DNA from: a virus
Taxonomy: Duplodnaviria; Caudoviricetes
DNA: 60,232 bases
Reading direction: 5' to 3' (one strand)
IMG/VR virus record: IMGVR_UViG_3300045921_000410
Coordinates: 1 to 60,232 of that record
A program made the translations under genes and the position numbers. Below are positions 54,939 through 60,232 of this stretch, piece by piece. Under the pieces are notes generated by a model. It saw only the letters and a program-made list of their open reading frames with translations, was not told where the DNA came from and searched no databases. The stretch's first letter is position 1, and each line of letters opens with the position of its first letter.

Positions 54939-56601
54939 ATCCTTTATTTAATTCCCCATCGTTTATAGTATTTAAATTTCTTGTTTTATTTTTAATAGCT
55001 TCAACAACTAACTCTTCGATCGTATTAGAAGCAAAAACAATTCTTTGAGTCACATGACTTTTTGATCCCACCCTAGCCGTACGACCAGTTGACTGTATAA
55101 GATCATCAGGATTATATGTCGGGGATATTATAGTAGTTCTGGGATGACCGCCATGAACGTCATGTAAGTCGATTCCAGTACCACCAGACTGAATTTGAGC
55201 AATACATAATTTTGTTTTATTATTTTGAAAATCTTCTTTGTTCTTTTCCCTAACTTGCTGAGTCTGTTTGCCTCGAATCACACTTGGATTATACTTTTTT
55301 AATTTTGTAACTAATGATTCCAACGTTTGAATAAAGTTTACAAATACTACAACGGAAAGCCCATTCTCCAAACTCTCTTCGACCATATTTACAAAATTCG
55401 GTACTTTAAGTAATTCTACTTCTTGACGTGCCCGCAAAATAATAGTAAGCTTAGATTTCTTATCTTTCTGTTTATTCTTTTTTAACTCTTGCAATTCTTT
55501 CTTCATTGATCGAAAGACATCATTAATTTTCTTTTCCTCAACCATGTCGTACGCCTGAATAATTATGTTATTTTTCGGAAAAGCATCACCAAGTTCAGAC
55601 GCTTTAGTTCTAACACCTCTACCAGAACCAAAAATAGAATTATATATTTTAATTAATGAACTCGGTAAATTAGAAAATATTATAGTTTTTTTCTTTGAAC
55701 CTTTCTTGCCCACATTTCCTAAGTAACATCCATGCTCTAATGACCAACTATAATAATTTGACAACTGTTCAAACAATCCAATAGCATAACCTGTAATTTT
55801 TAAATGTAATGGTGAATAAGCTATTGTAGCGGATAAAACAGTAATTAAATATTTTTGTTTTTTTGCAGATAGCAATAATTTTGCATTTAATGTTTTTGGG
55901 TTTTTGCATTTATGAGCCTCATCAAAAATAATTAAAGATTTTTTAGGTATTAGTTTTTCATTAAATGTAAAACTCTCACTAATTGGATCAAACGATACAT
56001 AATCACTGTTCGATCTTTTCAACGTATCGTAACTCATTACATCTATAAGATTTATTTTTAAATATTTTGACCATCGAATCCACTGGGTCACAACTCCCGC
56101 CGGAACAACCGCAAAAACAGGTATTTTAAAATAACTTGCGATCGCTAAATTCTGTAACGTTTTTCCCGTTCCAAGCTCACTTCCATCAAGCATACCACCG
56201 CTTGCAAATTTTTTAAAGCCATATACTAATTCGGCAAGTCTTTCTAACTGCCAAGGAAACAAATGACTTTTTAAAAACTGTGACGGTTTAAATGTTTTTA
56301 AAAATTTTTGGAAATCATTTTGATCTTTAATGGAAATCTGTTTGTATAAATCTACATTGGGTTTAAAATATACGACATACTTTGTACCATTTTTATATAC
56401 AAGAATCCCCTCTTCTTTTAATAACTCTTTTTTTTCTTTATATACTAACCAAAACTTTTTGCTTGGTTCTGAGAGATAAGCAACTACTTGTCCGTTTTGA
56501 ATAGACGGAACAAAATTCAAATTCAAATTAGATTCTATAATAGTAACGTATTCGGGAAAAAGCTCGGAAGTAGACATAGAATTCAACTTATTAGACTCCA
56601 T
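54931..56601 (-). CDS. SF2 helicase
   Basis: LGTGKT, DEAH, SAT, QSGGTGIDL, QSTGRTAR. Confidence 0.88.
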   Translation of the reverse strand: MESNKLNSMSTSELFPEYVTIIESNLNLNFVPSIQNGQVVAYLSEPSKKFWLVYKEKKELLKEEGILVYKNGTKYVVYFKPNVDLYKQISIKDQNDFQKFLKTFKPSQFLKSHLFPWQLERLAELVYGFKKFASGGMLDGSELGTGKTLQNLAIASYFKIPVFAVVPAGVVTQWIRWSKYLKINLIDVMSYDTLKRSNSDYVSFDPISESFTFNEKLIPKKSLIIFDEAHKCKNPKTLNAKLLLSAKKQKYLITVLSATIAYSPLHLKITGYAIGLFEQLSNYYSWSLEHGCYLGNVGKKGSKKKTIIFSNLPSSLIKIYNSIFGSGRGVRTKASELGDAFPKNNIIIQAYDMVEEKKINDVFRSMKKELQELKKNKQKDKKSKLTIILRARQEVELLKVPNFVNMVEESLENGLSVVVFVNFIQTLESLVTKLKKYNPSVIRGKQTQQVREKNKEDFQNNKTKLCIAQIQSGGTGIDLHDVHGGHPRTTIISPTYNPDDLIQSTGRTARVGSKSHVTQRIVFASNTIEELVVEAIKNKTRNLNTINDGELNKGYE

Positions 56602-56606
56602 ATATT

Positions 56607-57623
56607 TTAGTCAATCTTTTTTCTAGTTTTTGCGTACCAGTCCGCTTTATTGATTTCTTGGGGTGCCTTATTATTCTGAATTTTTCGATCACAAAATTCA
56701 TTCAAAGTAGTTATTATTCGATTCCAGGTTGGATACCAAACTCGGTTCTGTGATTTGTGTTCTTGCCATCTTTTTATATAGTATTCTACAAAGGTTTTTT
56801 CGTCAATTTGGTATTCCTGAAAAAGCTCTAAAGCTCTTTGTCCATCTGGGGAATCTAATTTTAATTTAGAAGCAAAAAGATTGTAGCTTTTATTCTGGGA
56901 AAATTCTGTGTGTATTTTCCAAAATATTTTCTGGGGAATACTTCCGTTTTCAATCTCTTCATTTACTTTTGCTTTTAAAGCTTCCAATATATTTTTATCT
57001 TTAGTACTGTATGTTTCTTTAACTAATGTTTCTACTGTTTTATTTGTTAAAATTCTCCCAGAAATTCTATCCCGCAACTTGCTTGCGTTATTGCTATTCT
57101 TTCCTGTGTTCTTTCCTGTGTAGTATCCTGGTATAGATGGGTCATTTTGTCCCAAGGATGGGTCATTTTGTCCCAAGGATGGGTCATTTTGTCCCAGCCC
57201 TGGGTCATTTTGTCCCAGGGTCTTAGAAGCTAGTTTTTTGTTCGCTTCCACTACATCCCAGTCTACTTTTATGGAACTTAATTTTGCTACTTCTTTATAA
57301 TTGATAGCGTACCAAATAGTTTTATCGTATTTATGTTTATTGTAATTTTTTTTAGACCGGTAAATTAGTTTTGAATCTTCCAGTGATTGTAAAACTCTTT
57401 GAACAGTTTTATACGACCAAAAAGGAAAATATTTTTTTTGTAAATCTCTTGAACTTTGATAAGTAAATTTTGTATCTTCTTGATATACATTTCCGCTTGC
57501 TATCTTTACTAAAAAATCTAATCTAAGAAGCATTAAACTTTCTTCTAGTCCTATTTCTTCGGCAAGTGCTATATTAATTACTAATATACGATCATCGTTT
57601 GGTATTAGAAGTGATCCTTTCAA
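56607..57623 (-). CDS. Replication initiator protein
   Basis: LAEEIGLEES, FPFWS.KTV.R....L and YNKHKYDKT.WY.I winged-helix initiator pattern; internal iterons; TTG start after AGGAG. Confidence 0.8.
   Translation of the reverse strand: MKGSLLIPNDDRILVINIALAEEIGLEESLMLLRLDFLVKIASGNVYQEDTKFTYQSSRDLQKKYFPFWSYKTVQRVLQSLEDSKLIYRSKKNYNKHKYDKTIWYAINYKEVAKLSSIKVDWDVVEANKKLASKTLGQNDPGLGQNDPSLGQNDPSLGQNDPSIPGYYTGKNTGKNSNNASKLRDRISGRILTNKTVETLVKETYSTKDKNILEALKAKVNEEIENGSIPQKIFWKIHTEFSQNKSYNLFASKLKLDSPDGQRALELFQEYQIDEKTFVEYYIKRWQEHKSQNRVWYPTWNRIITTLNEFCDRKIQNNKAPQEINKADWYAKTRKKID
57136..57219. repeat. Four iterons at 21-bp period, putative replication origin
   Basis: Core TGGGTCATTTTGTCCCA (imperfect palindrome) at 57138, 57159, 57180 and 57201. 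Confidence 0.85.
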
Positions 57624-57638
57624 TTTTGTACTCCTGAA

Positions 57639-57746
57639 ATAGAAAACCCCTTCAAAGGAAAACAAGAAAAAGACACACCACATGAACAAATTCTTGCTTT
57701 CCTCTAAAGAGGTTTTCTATTTATGTTTTATTTTTTTGTGGTGTGT
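57639..57746 (-). promoter_or_regulatory. Structured 5' leader: 30-bp hairpin plus 10-bp pseudoknot
   Basis: Arms at 57639-57668 and 57691-57720 differ only by G-U-compatible changes on the minus strand; loop UGUGGUGUGU is complementary to upstream ACACACCACA. Confidence 0.75.
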
Positions 57747-57778
57747 AAAATCTATAAATTTTAGATACTGATTTTTTG

Positions 57779-58171
57779 TCAATTCATAAAAGGAATTTTT
57801 ATTTTTAAGATTAATAAAACAATCCCTAAAATAATTAATCCAAATATTGTATATTTAAAAGCTGAGACAAAACCTATCGCCCATTCTGCTTCTTTTAAAT
57901 CTTTTTTATTTTGTAAAATTTCTCGTGCTTGGGAATGAGATTTAATTTGACAGGCTTTATTCTCACTGTTTAGTTTTTTTAATTCTTCTAAAATTAAAGA
58001 AATTTCTTCTTTAAGTAAGACTGTATTAGAGTCGTTTGTGATTTTTTCTGTTCTTACTTGAACTTGTTCAATGAGTTTAGAGCGATCATTGTATTGAACT
58101 TTAATTTCTTTTATTTCTGGATTTCCACACCCAAAAATAAAAACTAAAATAATTATGAATTTTTTAATCAT
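57779..58171 (-). CDS. Candidate unimolecular spanin
   Basis: Lipoprotein signal MIKKFIIILVFIFGC, coiled coil, C-terminal TM helix. Confidence 0.55.
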   Translation of the reverse strand: MIKKFIIILVFIFGCGNPEIKEIKVQYNDRSKLIEQVQVRTEKITNDSNTVLLKEEISLILEELKKLNSENKACQIKSHSQAREILQNKKDLKEAEWAIGFVSAFKYTIFGLIILGIVLLILKIKIPFMN

Positions 58172-58509
58172 TGTTTTTTACCTTCTTTTATTGATTTAAT
58201 TAATTCTTTATTTTCTTTTCGTTTTTCTGATTCAAACAATTCTTTTTTAATTATTTGAAACCAAGGATTAAAATTTTCGCAAGTAGTATTTACAATTTTA
58301 TTAATATCGTTTCTGTTTATATATCCTTTATGAATTAATGTCGCTGTTAAATTTCCTATTTTAGTTACTGGGATACCCGTGACTTTGCTTGCTTCTCGAA
58401 AATCATAAAAACCAACTAACTCATAATAAGCATATAAAGAGGCAAGGCTTAAATCTTTTGCACTTGTTTTAAATAATAGTTCTACGGGAATATTGACACT
58501 TCTCTGCAT
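58168..58509 (-). CDS. Putative winged-HTH protein
   Basis: FREASKVTGIPVTKIGNL...LIHKGYI. Confidence 0.55.
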   Translation of the reverse strand: MQRSVNIPVELLFKTSAKDLSLASLYAYYELVGFYDFREASKVTGIPVTKIGNLTATLIHKGYINRNDINKIVNTTCENFNPWFQIIKKELFESEKRKENKELIKSIKEGKKQ

Positions 58510-58527
58510 AAGACAAAATTTTACTAG

Positions 58528-59040
58528 TTATTCATATTCGGCAAGCTGAATTATTACAGATTCGGAGTTTTGAGTCAAAGCTTGTAAATAAGCAAAATGG
58601 GATTCTAATCCTTTTTTTGGAAAAATTATTTTGAGAAATACTCCATTGTTTTGAATTACGTCTAATATTATTTTTACAAAAGAATTTAAAGCTGTCGCAC
58701 TTATGAATTTTACAGTTGAAAGATTAATAATAAGTTTTTTTCCAGCGTAAGGTTTGCTTCTAAGATCATCTAATTCTTGTTTTAAATAATCAAAAAACAT
58801 TTCTTTTTGAGAAACACGTAAAACACCAACTAAATTAAAAACAACGATTAATTCTTGAACGTAAACTGCCTCTTTGTAAGTAAACTTAGTTTCTTTTTTT
58901 ATTATATTTGACGGTGTGGGTATTATAGTCTCACCCTTCCACTTTAATCCACGTAAAAATAGTAAAGTTAAAACGCCGATACCTAAGATTAAAATTACAA
59001 ATTGTAAACTGTATTTAATAACAAAATCTATAAATTGCAT
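58528..59040 (-). CDS. Membrane-anchored STAS-domain protein
   Basis: N-terminal TM helix; VVFNLVGVL...LIINLSTVKFISATAL STAS pattern. Confidence 0.65.
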   Translation of the reverse strand: MQFIDFVIKYSLQFVILILGIGVLTLLFLRGLKWKGETIIPTPSNIIKKETKFTYKEAVYVQELIVVFNLVGVLRVSQKEMFFDYLKQELDDLRSKPYAGKKLIINLSTVKFISATALNSFVKIILDVIQNNGVFLKIIFPKKGLESHFAYLQALTQNSESVIIQLAEYE

Positions 59041-59049
59041 ATAACTCTC

Positions 59050-59316
59050 TTATTTTTTAATAGATTCTGAATCTTTTTCTTTTTCAATTGATCCCTGACC
59101 TATTGCCTGAATTTCTGCATCTTTTTTCTTTTTTTCCTCGTCGATTTTTAATTTTTTTCCATCCCAGATTCCGTAAATTAAAATATCTGAATTAAAATCA
59201 GAATCTTTTAACTTACATAAAAAACCTAAATTACTTTCTTTTATTTCTCTACTGCTTAATTCGTTTGTCGCATAATACAAATTATTGAATTTATTATCTT
59301 TATATACATAAATCAT
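59050..59316 (-). CDS. Possible tail fibre assembly protein
   Basis: Follows the fibre-like gene; WDGKKLKIDEEKK. Confidence 0.4.
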   Translation of the reverse strand: MIYVYKDNKFNNLYYATNELSSREIKESNLGFLCKLKDSDFNSDILIYGIWDGKKLKIDEEKKKKDAEIQAIGQGSIEKEKDSESIKK

Positions 59317-59322
59317 TTTTAT

Positions 59323-60232
59323 TTACCATCCGTTATTTGCAAATTTTGGGTTTTGAATAGGTCTAAATATATTTTTATCGTCTATAAAACCTACGATATT
59401 ATTTCCGTCATTATTATTTTTCCAAACTTCATAATCAATAGTTACGTTGTTGTAATTTATAGGAGTTGTTTGATCATTTTCCACTATTTGAGTTCCGTCT
59501 TCTCCAATGCTAACATATTTATTTTTTATGTTATTATTTATTTTAAATGGTTTTTTAGTAACTATGATGGAATTGTTTTTAATTTTAGCTACATGTCCTA
59601 GATAGTTTCTAGGGGAAACAATTCCTTTCATTATACTTATTACACTCCCACCGCCATCTTGTTGCCAAATAAAATATTCTATACCTCTATTAGTAGATTT
59701 TAAAATAGAATAAAATTTAGATTCTTGTGTCCAGGTTGTATTACCGCTATTAGAAGCACTCATCATATAATCAAAAAGTTTTATAGAATAAATTTCTTTA
59801 ATTTGTAAATTTTGTTCGTTGTAAATTTTTATCATTATAGAATTGTAAAAACCCATTATGACTGCAAACTTATCATTAGATATTTTACAATAGTTATGTA
59901 TTCTGGGGTAAAAAGGAGTTCTAAGTAAAGTATTAGAATCGTCGTTATCGTTGTTAAAAATACTATTTACCTGTCTAACACCATTTGGAATATTATCACC
60001 AGAAGCTCCGGCGTCTTCTCTAATATTTACTAAATTTGTTTTGTAAGTATATGTAGGAAGTGATATTGAATTATTACCAAAATTAGTTAAGTGAGTTATT
60101 CCCGCATTATTTTTTAATGGTATATATTTAAAAGAAGTAGGTTTTGCATTTGTTATACTTGTAAATCCTACGTTTGATATCGTAATTAAATTTTGTGGAT
60201 TAGAATTATTTCCCGTAAAAAGTCCATAATAT
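59323..60232 (-). CDS. Probable tail fibre/receptor-binding protein, 5' end outside window
   Basis: The reading frame of the 59323-59856 ORF stays open to the window edge; Asn/Thr/Ser-rich. Confidence 0.45.
   Translation of the reverse strand, partial: YYGLFTGNNSNPQNLITISNVGFTSITNAKPTSFKYIPLKNNAGITHLTNFGNNSISLPTYTYKTNLVNIREDAGASGDNIPNGVRQVNSIFNNDNDDSNTLLRTPFYPRIHNYCKISNDKFAVIMGFYNSIMIKIYNEQNLQIKEIYSIKLFDYMMSASNSGNTTWTQESKFYSILKSTNRGIEYFIWQQDGGGSVISIMKGIVSPRNYLGHVAKIKNNSIIVTKKPFKINNNIKNKYVSIGEDGTQIVENDQTTPINYNNVTIDYEVWKNNNDGNNIVGFIDDKNIFRPIQNPKFANNGW

Noticed and set aside
57136-57219. Repeat as a mini-CRISPR
   Set aside because: Only 4 nt lie between the 17-bp cores; iteron geometry inside an initiator gene fits better
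57624-57689. Hydrophobic N-terminal extension of the initiator
   Set aside because: It is the translated hairpin arm; AGGAG plus TTG at 57623 is the better start
2067-59601. Other short plus-strand and nested ORFs in the track (for example 2067, 4939, 7336, 12391, 20917, 44225)
   Set aside because: They lie within long minus-strand genes, with no RBS or recognisable motif noticed
59323-60232. Asn-rich fibre C terminus as a DGR target
   Set aside because: No template repeat or reverse transcriptase is visible in the window; Asn richness is explained by AT bias
1-60232. tRNA genes, introns, inteins or stop-codon reassignment
   Set aside because: None recognised; TerL, PolA, DnaB and RecA are contiguous and genes pack tightly under the standard code

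Overview
About 60 kb of an AT-rich tailed-phage (myovirus-type) genome, coded almost entirely on the minus strand. In transcription order (right to left) it contains: the end of a probable tail fibre gene; a membrane STAS protein; a u-spanin-like lipoprotein; and a replication/recombination operon (initiator with internal iterons, SF2 helicase, DnaC-like loader, DnaB, primase, UvsY-like protein, SSB, RecA, nuclease, UDG-fused PolA). Next come a ParB-like pair, TerS, a metalloprotease lipoprotein, a DNA methyltransferase, TerL, portal, and a C39-like peptidase plus holin. An approximately 7.5 kb island of small genes follows, each unit headed by a repeated non-canonical promoter/RBS, and it contains a hammerhead ribozyme. 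The window ends with MuF plus a cluster of polyvalent-type head-cargo proteins and an SPO1/Twort-like head-neck-tail module. Lead hypothesis (inference): an ECF-like sigma domain sits inside a probable virion polyprotein, bracketed by L-x-K-[S/A] prohead-protease-type sites. It could be packaged, cut free, injected, and used to read the seven CGACAC...TACTT promoters of the small-gene island. Other notable signals are a pseudoknotted 30-bp hairpin leader before the initiator, a long hairpin leader next to a Com-like gene, an overprinted ORF, and an A9 frameshift site in the tail chaperone. All family calls come from motif recognition by eye; no searches were run.
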